64,000 nt of DNA, from IMG/VR virus record IMGVR_UViG_3300037459_000157, positions 6,640-70,639 of that record. The stretch is one strand, 5' to 3'. Numbering within the stretch: position 1 is the stretch's first letter; every line of letters starts with the position of its first letter. This document shows positions 38,592 through 46,884 of the stretch, in pieces. The position numbers were made by a program, and so were the translations under genes. This stretch comes from a virus. Below the pieces are notes generated by a model. It saw only the letters and a program-made list of their open reading frames with translations, had not been told where the DNA came from and did no database searches.

Positions 38592-39883
38592 GCGATTTCA
38601 AAATAGCCGACGGTCTTGTGCCCGTGCTCAGCCCAGACACAGCGATCGTGATCACCGCAACGGGCACGACTGCCCATGTCGTCCCGGCCGGTCAGACGTT
38701 TGTCGAGATCAAGGCCTGGGGCTCAGCCGGAGCCGGTGGTGGTGGGACAACCTCAGGTGGGACCGGTGGGTCTGGAGGCGGAGGCGGCTTTGCCCACGCA
38801 ACCCAGATCTCAGTCACACCAGGCGAGACACTCGACGTCATCGTCGGCATAGGTGGCAGCCCAGGATTCGGCGACGGCTCCGAGTCTGCTGCGGCCGGAG
38901 GCGGTGGCGGTCGGACCTGGGTTCGGCGACCCGGCGGATCGATCAACCTCCTTGAGGCCGGTGCGGGCGGAGGCGGAGGCGGCTCTGACAGCTCGCCAGG
39001 GACGGGAGTGACCGGCGGAGGCGGAGCAGGTGGTGGTGTGACTGGCCAAGCTGGTGAGGCCTCAGGCTCGTCGACAGGCGGCGGTGGAGGAACTCAGGTC
39101 GCTGGCGGTGCCGGTGGCGTAGGGTTCGACCAGGTGGGCATAGCCGGCAGCGCTGGGACTGGCGGAGACGGTGCTCACGACACGGGCACAGGCGGCGGAG
39201 GAGCAGGTGGGGTTACAGGCGGTGGCGATGGCGGCAACGTAGCAGCGACAACGTCTGCAGGCGGTGGCGGTGGTGCTGGGTTCTTCGGTGGCGGTGGCGG
39301 TGGAGAGTCTTTCAGTTTCAACGGCTCGGGCACAGGCGGCGGTGGTGGGTCGGGCATGACGACGGGCACCGAGCAGGCCAATGATCAGGGGCTAGACGCA
39401 GTCGGAGCTGGCGGCAGCGACCCGGACCGACCGTCCGGCGTAGGCACTGGTGGCCTGGGCGGGTTTGTCGGCACGGGGTTTACGGGCCAGGCCGGCACCA
39501 ATGGTGCGGTCGCTCTCATCTACACGGTGACGACGTTCGAGCCTACGACGAACGACCTAGTCATCGAGAACGACGCGCCCACGCTCGTCGAGGGCATCGA
39601 CCTGATCGCTCAGCACGTCCGGTCAATCCTGCTCATCTGCCAGGGCGAGTGGTTCCTCGATCTCGCCGCGGGCACGCCATGGTTCCAACGGGTCCTCGGT
39701 CACCGGTTCAACGCCGGACAAATCAACATCACGGTACGCGATGCGATCCTATCGGTCGACGGCGTCGCGTCCATCCAAGACATCGTATCAACCCGAGGCG
39801 CAGGGCGCAGGGTGGCGGACGTCAAGGTTACTGTCCTGACCGACCAAGGCGCTGAAGTCATAGTCGATGCAGAGGTCCCCTAA
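38588..39883 (+). CDS. Sheath initiator / gp25-like (DUF2634-type) wedge protein with a ~300-aa glycine-rich insert
   Basis: C-terminal DLVIEN...IAQ...GEWFLD..GTPW; internal GGGG-rich domain. Confidence 0.75.
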   Translation: MSDFKIADGLVPVLSPDTAIVITATGTTAHVVPAGQTFVEIKAWGSAGAGGGGTTSGGTGGSGGGGGFAHATQISVTPGETLDVIVGIGGSPGFGDGSESAAAGGGGGRTWVRRPGGSINLLEAGAGGGGGGSDSSPGTGVTGGGGAGGGVTGQAGEASGSSTGGGGGTQVAGGAGGVGFDQVGIAGSAGTGGDGAHDTGTGGGGAGGVTGGGDGGNVAATTSAGGGGGAGFFGGGGGGESFSFNGSGTGGGGGSGMTTGTEQANDQGLDAVGAGGSDPDRPSGVGTGGLGGFVGTGFTGQAGTNGAVALIYTVTTFEPTTNDLVIENDAPTLVEGIDLIAQHVRSILLICQGEWFLDLAAGTPWFQRVLGHRFNAGQINITVRDAILSVDGVASIQDIVSTRGAGRRVADVKVTVLTDQGAEVIVDAEVP

Positions 39884-39885
39884 TC

Positions 39886-41121
39886 ATGCCACTCGAACAA
39901 ACAACTACAGGCCTGGTGATTCAGGACATCGCTGAGATCAAGAGCGAGTACGAGGAGTCATTTCGACTGCTGTTCGGGGCTGACGTTTCGCTTGGGGTCG
40001 ACTCGATATTCGGCAAGCAGATCGGCATCCAGGCCGAGCGCGAGGCGCTGATTCAGGCGCAGATGCAATTCATCCAGGCGAGCTTATCGCGCGACAAAGC
40101 CCAGAATGCGAACCTCGATGCGGTCTCTGCCCTGACCGGCTCTGACCGACGGGGTGCACAGCCGTCGACGAGCTCGGCGGGTCGAGCCACAGGCACGGAC
40201 ACCACGATCGTGCTCAACGGCAGCACGGTCATCCAGCAGAACGACGCACTCGACGTGTGGACGGTCATCGACGGGACGGATGGCGTGTCGCCGTTCGGCT
40301 ACGAGATCGGCACCGTTGTCTCGGGCGAGGTGACTGGCGTCATCATCGAGTCGGTCGCTACGGGCGAGAAGGCCTTCTCGTCGGGGACTGATTTCGTGAT
40401 CGGGTCGCCCATCGCGGGATGGGTTGGGTTCAACATCACCCGCGACATCGAGACCTTCGAGACCGGCCAGGACGTCGAGCAGGATGGTGAGTTCAGGGAC
40501 CGCGGTCGCGACGAGCTGTTCGCGGGCGGCAACGACATCAGCGGAATCAAGGCCGTCATCACCAAGGTGGTCGGCGTGACCGAGGTCCAGATCTTCGAGA
40601 ATCGCGACTGTACGACGATCGACGGCGACGGAATCGAGCCTGGCCACGTCGAGTCGATCGTGACGGGCGGGAGCGACCTCGACGTAGCGACGGCCATCCT
40701 GCTGCGGGTTCCACCAGGGACGAGCTTGCAGGGCACGACGTTGTTGGTGCTGGCGGACAGCGAGGGCAATCAGATCGACATCCGATTCACGAGGCCGGCG
40801 GCTGTAGAGATCACAGTCGAGGTCACCATCAGCAACTTCTCGGCAGAAGGTACGCTGCCCGAGAACTTCGAGGCATTGGCCGAGGCTGCAATACTTGAGT
40901 TCGGAAACACCAACGCTCGGGTCAGCCAGGACGTTCTGTTCCAGCAGTTCATTGGGCCTGTAGCAACTGCGATACAGGACACATTCACTGGCAAGTTTAA
41001 CTACGACTTTATCGACTCAGAGATAAGCACGGGCGGCCCGACGGCCAACGCGAACATTCCAATCGGCATCCGTGAGCGCGCCGACTTTGACAGCTCGCGC
41101 ATCACCGTAATACTGGCGTAA
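39886..41121 (+). CDS. Baseplate J-like wedge protein
   Basis: NLDAV..L...RR, G.DVEQD.EFR.R, GGSDLDVATAI, IRFTRP. Confidence 0.9.
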   Translation: MPLEQTTTGLVIQDIAEIKSEYEESFRLLFGADVSLGVDSIFGKQIGIQAEREALIQAQMQFIQASLSRDKAQNANLDAVSALTGSDRRGAQPSTSSAGRATGTDTTIVLNGSTVIQQNDALDVWTVIDGTDGVSPFGYEIGTVVSGEVTGVIIESVATGEKAFSSGTDFVIGSPIAGWVGFNITRDIETFETGQDVEQDGEFRDRGRDELFAGGNDISGIKAVITKVVGVTEVQIFENRDCTTIDGDGIEPGHVESIVTGGSDLDVATAILLRVPPGTSLQGTTLLVLADSEGNQIDIRFTRPAAVEITVEVTISNFSAEGTLPENFEALAEAAILEFGNTNARVSQDVLFQQFIGPVATAIQDTFTGKFNYDFIDSEISTGGPTANANIPIGIRERADFDSSRITVILA

Positions 41122-41123
41122 TC

Positions 41124-41753
41124 ATGGCCAACGAAGACGCGAAGTTCACGATCAACGACCACGTCGAGAAGGCGCTGGCCCGACTGCCGACGATGCACGA
41201 CGAGTCGACGCTGCTTCGTGGCATACTTTCGATCTACTCGGCTCGAATCCAGATCTTGGACAACGTCCTTCGCGGCATCACGGCGGACGCGCTGTTCACC
41301 ATCAGCACTGCCGTTGGTGTGCAGCTCGACCAGATCGGCACCATCGTGGGCATCGCTAGGGAAGACAGGAGCGACGCCGAGTACCGCATCATACTTCGCA
41401 CTCAGGCCTTGCTCGTACTGCCTGAGCGGCGGACGCAGGCTCGTCTGATGGAGATCGTCCGGTCGCTGATGGACACGGACCCGGGGGCGATTGTCTACCA
41501 ACAGCTGCCGCCGAAGAGCTACAAACTTACCATCGCCACGGCGACTCTAGAAACTCTGCTCTCGTGGGTGCCCATCCTACGAAGGACTAGGCCGGCGAGC
41601 TACGTCGCACTACTTGGATGGACTGCCGCCAATCACATTACTTACGGCGACGCAGCCGCGTTGGCCATTCCGAAGACGTGGCACGGCTACGGAGACGCGA
41701 GTGGCACAGTCGTTGAAGTATATCACGGCCTAGGTGCTGCGATCGATTTTTAG
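41124..41753 (+). CDS. Baseplate wedge protein (DUF2612 / gpI-like)
   Basis: TAVGVQLDQIG.IVG..R...SDAEYR. Confidence 0.85.
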   Translation: MANEDAKFTINDHVEKALARLPTMHDESTLLRGILSIYSARIQILDNVLRGITADALFTISTAVGVQLDQIGTIVGIAREDRSDAEYRIILRTQALLVLPERRTQARLMEIVRSLMDTDPGAIVYQQLPPKSYKLTIATATLETLLSWVPILRRTRPASYVALLGWTAANHITYGDAAALAIPKTWHGYGDASGTVVEVYHGLGAAIDF

Positions 41754-41765
41754 AGATACACTCCC

Positions 41766-42872
41766 ATGGCCACACGACCATCAATCACAGTCAATGTCCG
41801 AGCCTCTGACGCGACCTACACGACCGGAGACCCTGCGCTCATCACCACTGCGACCAAGATCGCTAGGGCTGGGGCAGACATTGCGGAGGGCTACAAGGTC
41901 GACACGCTCGTCAGCCCACAGGCAGTGTTCGCGCAGAACAAAAACTTCGAGGACAACCGAAACGACCAGTGGGTCGAGTGGGTGAGCTTCGGTTCGAACG
42001 CAGCTGGGGGCGATGCTCACATCGTCGAGACTGATTCGGGCGGCGACATCAATGTCGTTGGGGTGAACTGTAGCGACGTACGTGTGACGCCGAACACTGG
42101 CACTGACGGGATTGAAGTAACAACGTCAGGCGGTTCGAAGGGTCTTGAGGTCCTTCAGGATGCGACGAGCGCAGATCATGGTGTCAATGTGACATCTACA
42201 CTCGGCGCGGCTGCGCCAGCGTTCTTCGCTGGCACCGTGAGCAATGTCGGATTTCTTGTCAGCCACGGCAGTCTAGCTGGAGTCAGCATCGGGTCGGTTG
42301 CTAATGGTGGAGTCATCGGCCCCAACCTCAAGCTGAACTCGAACACACTCGACCCGACCGACGACAATGTCGGGACGTTCTGGACTCGGGAACAGAACAG
42401 CATCGACAATGTGAAGATGGGCATGGGTAGCTCGGCAGGCTACCCTATCATTGCGAAGAACGCACCATGCTATGCGAGGAGTGGCGAGGGCAGCTTCAAC
42501 CTATCAGGGTCGCAGACCGACCAGACTATCCGGTCAACCTTCTCATTCAAGACTGACCAGATTCCCCAGGATTCAGACCAGGTTCGTGTGACTATCTGGG
42601 GCAGCATCTCACTGTCTCCATCTCAGAATAATACGGTAACGCTCAAGGTCCGAGACACGACCGCGGCGAACGTGACCATATGCAACCTCATCATTGAGTC
42701 CCCTCCGCATACGACCGGCACTGTGTCCGTAAGCCAGTCTGCTACATTCTCGCAGACGTATACACTGCCATCATTTGGGGCAAGAAGCTTCGATCTTGTC
42801 TGGACCGGAGACGTGACCGGATCCGATGGCACGTTCCGTGGCTTCGTCGAGATCGAACAGCTCCGCGGATAG
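41766..42872 (+). CDS. Tail fibre / receptor-binding protein
   Basis: Last gene of baseplate module; G...AQN.N......QWVEW N-terminal anchor. Confidence 0.7.
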   Translation: MATRPSITVNVRASDATYTTGDPALITTATKIARAGADIAEGYKVDTLVSPQAVFAQNKNFEDNRNDQWVEWVSFGSNAAGGDAHIVETDSGGDINVVGVNCSDVRVTPNTGTDGIEVTTSGGSKGLEVLQDATSADHGVNVTSTLGAAAPAFFAGTVSNVGFLVSHGSLAGVSIGSVANGGVIGPNLKLNSNTLDPTDDNVGTFWTREQNSIDNVKMGMGSSAGYPIIAKNAPCYARSGEGSFNLSGSQTDQTIRSTFSFKTDQIPQDSDQVRVTIWGSISLSPSQNNTVTLKVRDTTAANVTICNLIIESPPHTTGTVSVSQSATFSQTYTLPSFGARSFDLVWTGDVTGSDGTFRGFVEIEQLRG

Positions 42873-42909
42873 AGTTCCCTGTTGCTCACTTGGGAGTGTG
42901 TGTCAGGCG

Positions 42910-42947
42910 CCCTCGGCCAGGCGTTGTCTGGTCGGGGGTTTTTATTT
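42910..42947 (+). terminator. Intrinsic terminator of the virion operon
   Basis: CCCTCGGCCAGGC-GTT-GTCTGGTCGGGGG followed by TTTTTATTT. Confidence 0.8.
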
Positions 42948-42952
42948 GAGGA

Positions 42953-43159
42953 TCACCCCGACCACGACCGCGACCCCGACCGCGACCCCGACCGCGACCA
43001 CGACCCCGACCGCGACCGCGACCACGACCCCGACCGCGACCACGACCACGACCGCGACCACGACCGCGACCCCGACCACGACCACGACCGCGACCCCGAC
43101 CGCGACCACGACCCCGACCGCGACCACGACCACGACCACGACATCATCGCAGGCTTCAC
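42953..43159 (-). CDS. Low-complexity peptide MKPAMM(S[W/R/G])31
   Basis: GTGA overlap with upstream gene; encoded by a hexamer array. Confidence 0.6.
   Translation of the reverse strand: MKPAMMSWSWSWSRSGSWSRSGSRSWSWSGSRSWSRSWSWSRSGSWSRSRSGSWSRSGSRSGSRSWSG
42956..43141 (-). repeat. Tandem hexamer array (TCG-NGG) x31, N = T, C or G
   Basis: Directly visible; only one position per unit varies. Confidence 0.95.
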
Positions 43160-43491
43160 TTGGTCTCCGGGACGCTATGGTTCCATGGCCACGCGTCGAT
43201 GATCGAGTCCAGATTAATGCAGCAGTTCACAGGCGAGCTCTCAAACTCAGAGACCGTGCCAGTGTTCAGGCACTCAGAGAACCTGCCAGAGTCTGCAAGC
43301 CAGCCACAATCTTTGAGCGTGACGAACTTGCCATCATTTTCCGAGACGGTCCCGATGTGATGATAGGTGACCGTGCGAATTAGGACCTTCGATCCGGCGC
43401 TCAGGATTGGATTGGCCGAGCTGGGCGATGCAGGCGTATCACCGTCTAGTAGCAGGCCGATTAGCTTGATGATTGTGTTTTTGTTTTCCAT
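43156..43491 (-). CDS. Conserved-type phage beta protein (IRTVTYH..G...W.ADSGRF; DUF6948-like, possibly Sm-like fold)
   Basis: AGGA RBS before ATG 43491; motif recognition; fold is inference. Confidence 0.65.
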   Translation of the reverse strand: MENKNTIIKLIGLLLDGDTPASPSSANPILSAGSKVLIRTVTYHHIGTVSENDGKFVTLKDCGWLADSGRFSECLNTGTVSEFESSPVNCCINLDSIIDAWPWNHSVPETK

Positions 43492-43572
43492 GATTGTCCT
43501 TGAATAGGTGGAGGCATCGCACCCCCATGGACCTTTGGTCTCGTCAAACCCTCTACGCTGGGGTCGCTGCGT

Positions 43573-43767
43573 CCCGTCTTTCCGGGCTGTCCGCGGGCCT
43601 CTCACCCGCACGAACGCTGCCTAGTTTGAAAGTGACATCAGCGTTTCAGTCCTCACTTGTGCTCCGGGCAGGTATCGAACCTGCGTAGTCAGCTGACGGG
43701 CGTGCAGTACTGCAGTCCCTGGGGTGCCTCCCCCACCGAAGCTAGGTGCCCGTCTTTCCGGGCTGTC
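43573..43767 (-). repeat. Two identical 19-nt hairpin motifs GACAGCCCGGAAAGACGGG (43573-43591, 43749-43767)
   Basis: CCCG-GAAAGA-CGGG stem-loop; the copies flank tRNA-like element A. Confidence 0.85.
43660..43742 (-). ncRNA. tRNA-like element A, no canonical anticodon loop
   Basis: Acceptor GCTTCGG/CCGGAGC, T arm GCAGG-TTCGATA-CCTGC, D arm GGGG-AGGCA-CCCC, long bulged central arm, variable hairpin. Confidence 0.65.
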
Positions 43768-43831
43768 AAATGTTCGCCTGTTGTGCGGCCGCACACGCTA
43801 GCTAAGCCATGGAACATCAAACGTAGGCTTG

Positions 43832-43911
43832 TGCTCATCGAAGGACTCGAACCTCCGACCCACCCCCGGTTGTTACCCGGTGATTGCTCTTTCCGACTGA
43901 GCTAGATGAGC
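43832..43911 (-). tRNA. tRNA-like element B, 8-position anticodon stem, loop GTAACAA (nominal anticodon AAC, Val)
   Basis: Acceptor GCTCATC/GATGAGC, D arm GCTC-AGTCGGAAA-GAGC, T arm GGAGG-TTCGAGT-CCTTC. Confidence 0.7.
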
Positions 43912-44087
43912 AGGTTCCCGCGCGAGCCCATCGCATTTCTTTCTTGTTGCGAACGCGCGAGATACCGGTCTCTGAATCGGGCCTGACAAGTCCCCCCTGT
44001 CAAACCTGTAAGTGTTCCTCCATCAGTCCGGCTGCGGGTGATAGGGTACCATACCCGGCTCTGCCCGCTGACCTGTGAGAGTGTAGC

Positions 44088-44636
44088 TCAGAATGGGATG
44101 TCGTCGTCTTCTGGGCCAGGGGGCATGGGCTGCCCACCGAACCCGGATTTCGTGTCGACCGAAAACACTGGACCGGCGGTCGTGATCTCCCGGGAAGACT
44201 CCTCAGTCATTTCGTCGCAGCTGTCGATGTCGCTGGTAGGCTTGCCATCGTAGTCGTCGCCGTCGATGATATTAACCATGCACTCTAGGCCAATTACCTT
44301 GTCGACGGAGATGGACCCGGGCTCAATACCAAGTGCCCCGCATGTCCGGGCGAGCTTCCAAAGCGAGTTCGAAGTTAGCGGATGGTAGAACTTGCGCTTG
44401 AGCACCTTGCCTCCACCCACGTCGACCTCGAACTCGAACACCAGCATCGGGTTGCCAGACGACTGACTCACAGCCTGAGCGAACCCGATGACCTTCCCAG
44501 GGTACGCGCCGGGTGGAGCGTGGAAGACCTTGACCTCGACACCGCTGAAGTCTGGGATGGTGATGGAGCTTCCGCCTGGGGATGCGCCGCTGCCGTTGAA
44601 TGCGTTGAGCTCTTTGCGTACTGAATCGTTTGACAT
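44088..44636 (-). CDS. Single-stranded DNA-binding protein (DUF669-like)
   Basis: PPG.Y....SGNPML..EF..LWKL; acidic tail DDDIPF. Confidence 0.8.
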   Translation of the reverse strand: MSNDSVRKELNAFNGSGASPGGSSITIPDFSGVEVKVFHAPPGAYPGKVIGFAQAVSQSSGNPMLVFEFEVDVGGGKVLKRKFYHPLTSNSLWKLARTCGALGIEPGSISVDKVIGLECMVNIIDGDDYDGKPTSDIDSCDEMTEESSREITTAGPVFSVDTKSGFGGQPMPPGPEDDDIPF

Positions 44637-44639
44637 ATC

Positions 44640-45410
44640 TTATTCCTCAATCTTGGCGCGCCCTGATTCGAGTGCGCGGTTGTAGATGTCCCGGATGGCG
44701 GGCAGTGTTGGGTTGGTGACTATGGCTCCGAGCTCCTTGCGAAACTCGTCGTTGCGTACGCGGGCGAAGTTCACCCCGCTCTGTTGCGTGAGCATGACGA
44801 CACGGCATTCGTTATCGCCGTCGGCCGGCATCTTCCTGAGTGCGAACACGTTGTCACACCCCGCGATAATCTTGACAGGCAATCCACCAGGTAGGTTGAG
44901 CGTCACCGCTGTGACCACGTCGTCGACCTTGACCTCCTTCTCCAGCGCGATGAAGATGACATGCATCTCCAAGCTGTCGAGCAAGTCGAAGTATCGCTCC
45001 ACTGACTTGCCGAGGTCGCCGTAGTCGCTCAGCTCAATCTGGTCGACGCCTCCGCGCCGTGGCTTCTTGGCATGCTTCTTTGCGACGATGCCGTGGAGAA
45101 GTATCTTGCCCATCTTCGTGAGCGAGTCGATGACCAAGCACTTGCAGCTGGCGAACGACCCGGCACCGCTGGCCGCGGCTAGTATGACCTTCTCAATTTG
45201 CTCAGGCGTCTCAACCTTGGGCGTCATCAGCAGATCCTTGCCACCCCAGCGGACCGACTGTAGCCCGCCCTCGATGTTCATCACCACCGTTGGCGAGAAC
45301 CCAGGGTCACCAGCGCCGGAGCATGCAAGAGTAGTCTTGCCCGAATCCGGTGGTCCGTAGATGAGTATGCGAAGGTAGTCGGATTGCTGGCTAATTGGGA
45401 GTAGGTTCAT
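44640..45410 (-). CDS. AAA_24 ATPase (Sak4-like recombinase)
   Basis: LIYGPPDSGKTT, LVIDSLT, DYG; flanked by SSB and nuclease. Confidence 0.8.
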   Translation of the reverse strand: MNLLPISQQSDYLRILIYGPPDSGKTTLACSGAGDPGFSPTVVMNIEGGLQSVRWGGKDLLMTPKVETPEQIEKVILAAASGAGSFASCKCLVIDSLTKMGKILLHGIVAKKHAKKPRRGGVDQIELSDYGDLGKSVERYFDLLDSLEMHVIFIALEKEVKVDDVVTAVTLNLPGGLPVKIIAGCDNVFALRKMPADGDNECRVVMLTQQSGVNFARVRNDEFRKELGAIVTNPTLPAIRDIYNRALESGRAKIEE

Positions 45411-46437
45411 AGTCGCTCCTGATTTGGTAAAGGGTTCCTCTAATGTGTGCCACGTCGTGCCCCTTGAGCTCGGCCATGCAGAGATGTCGCATGTCGCACG
45501 TCCGGCAGATGGTGGGGTTGAGCACCCTGGGCTGGGGCCTCGGGTCATGGTGGGCTTCGACGACGCGCTCAGCTAGCAGCTCGATGCCCTCCCACGTGTT
45601 GGCGAGCTCAGTCCTCGATCGCCGAGTCCAGGTCCAGCGCTCGAACTTGGGTAGCTTGTCCTCCATCTCCGCGTAGTCCGCGGGGTTGAGCCCGAGCCGC
45701 TGGATGGTGTCGAGGTACGTTGGCCAGTCGCACGATTGCGACTTCATTCGGGACAGCGCTCCCTTTTTTGTGAGCTTCGGCGGGGTCGTGGGCTTCGACT
45801 TGGTCTGGTAGTGGGCGACCCCGGCAATGCGGCCGAACGCGTCGCCTGCCGCGTACTGGTAGCTCGACAGCTGGTAATCGTAGCCCAAGGCCTCGTCGTC
45901 GTCGAACGCCTTGCGAACCTTCAGGTCGACCATCCACACACCACTATTCTTCGCGCGTGGCACCCAGTCGAGGAACCCGATGAACCCGTGCTCATGGGCT
46001 CGGAGTGTGTGGCGAATCTCGTATTGCACGCCGAGCTTGCCGTCCTTGTCGCGCATCGTCTCCCACTTGCTGGTGTCGAGTTCGAGGTCGGTGACCACCC
46101 GCTTGGCCACGTCGACCGCAGTGAGTAGGGTCAACTCGGACTCAGCCTGGAACTCCGAGCTCATGGCCAGTGCCTGCGAGACGCCGGGCCCCTCCGCCCA
46201 AGCCTGGTACGCCTCGTCGATGGCCATGGTGGAGAGTTGGGCACAGGTTGCGATCGTGTCCTCCTCACGTCCAATCAGAGCGCCCTCTAGGCCCGCGTCG
46301 ACCAGAGACCCCGTGTACAGGGCTACGCTCGGCCTGATGCTCATGAGGCCCAGGACGTAGCGGTACCACCACAGCTTCGGACAGCGCAGGAAGCAGCTGA
46401 ACTGGCTGTAGCTGAAGGGACGGTCGAGGGCTGGCAT
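45391..46437 (-). CDS. PD-(D/E)XK nuclease (RecB/Cas4-like)
   Basis: SYSQ...CP, GFLD...VDLK, QL..Y, C..C....C. Confidence 0.85.
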   Translation of the reverse strand: MPALDRPFSYSQFSCFLRCPKLWWYRYVLGLMSIRPSVALYTGSLVDAGLEGALIGREEDTIATCAQLSTMAIDEAYQAWAEGPGVSQALAMSSEFQAESELTLLTAVDVAKRVVTDLELDTSKWETMRDKDGKLGVQYEIRHTLRAHEHGFIGFLDWVPRAKNSGVWMVDLKVRKAFDDDEALGYDYQLSSYQYAAGDAFGRIAGVAHYQTKSKPTTPPKLTKKGALSRMKSQSCDWPTYLDTIQRLGLNPADYAEMEDKLPKFERWTWTRRSRTELANTWEGIELLAERVVEAHHDPRPQPRVLNPTICRTCDMRHLCMAELKGHDVAHIRGTLYQIRSDYEPTPN

Positions 46438-46883
46438 TAGTCGTTCTCCTCGCTAATTATCCACCAGCCCTGAGTGTTCGCATAGTCGCCGCCAGCAGTT
46501 GACATCTTGTCGGCGGGCAGCTTCCCAGCAGCAACCGCCAGTGCAATCGACCGCAGACGGTTCTGATGGCCCTTGACGAAGTTCGTGCCCTCGTCGACAT
46601 CCTTACCGCATCCGCACAGGCATCCGGTCGAGCGTGGCTCGAAGCCGGCGTAGCGCTTCGCGGTCGCGTCATGGTCCGGCTCCTTTGACTTCGGCCTGGT
46701 GCGCTTCTTGGGGGCGGATTTACTGCACCTCTCCTCCTCAACGCAGACTGCGATCCGCTCAAGTACACCTCGCATCTGCTCGTCAATGTCTGAGCGCTGT
46801 AGATTGTATTCGCCTTCCACCTCGTCAGACCGAGCCATCAACTTGGCCCTCTCCTCAAACAATGCTTTCAATTCATTCGCCAT
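46437..46883 (-). CDS. Hypothetical protein with CLCGCG...FVKGH motif
   Basis: AGGAG RBS before MANELK. Confidence 0.6.
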   Translation of the reverse strand: MANELKALFEERAKLMARSDEVEGEYNLQRSDIDEQMRGVLERIAVCVEEERCSKSAPKKRTRPKSKEPDHDATAKRYAGFEPRSTGCLCGCGKDVDEGTNFVKGHQNRLRSIALAVAAGKLPADKMSTAGGDYANTQGWWIISEEND

Positions 46884-46884
46884 G

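Noticed and set aside
42882-43202. Plus-strand ORFs reading the hexamer array as (D-H/R/P)n or Thr-rich repeats
   Set aside because: They cross the late-operon terminator, lack a clear RBS and overlap the minus-strand gene; the minus frame is translationally coupled and more plausible
43915-44087. Further hairpins downstream of SSB as a ribozyme or third tRNA
   Set aside because: Local stems exist, but I could not identify a T-loop, hammerhead or HDV-like core by eye
45391-46437. Cas4-like nuclease as part of CRISPR-Cas
   Set aside because: It sits in the usual phage nuclease-Sak4-SSB recombination module
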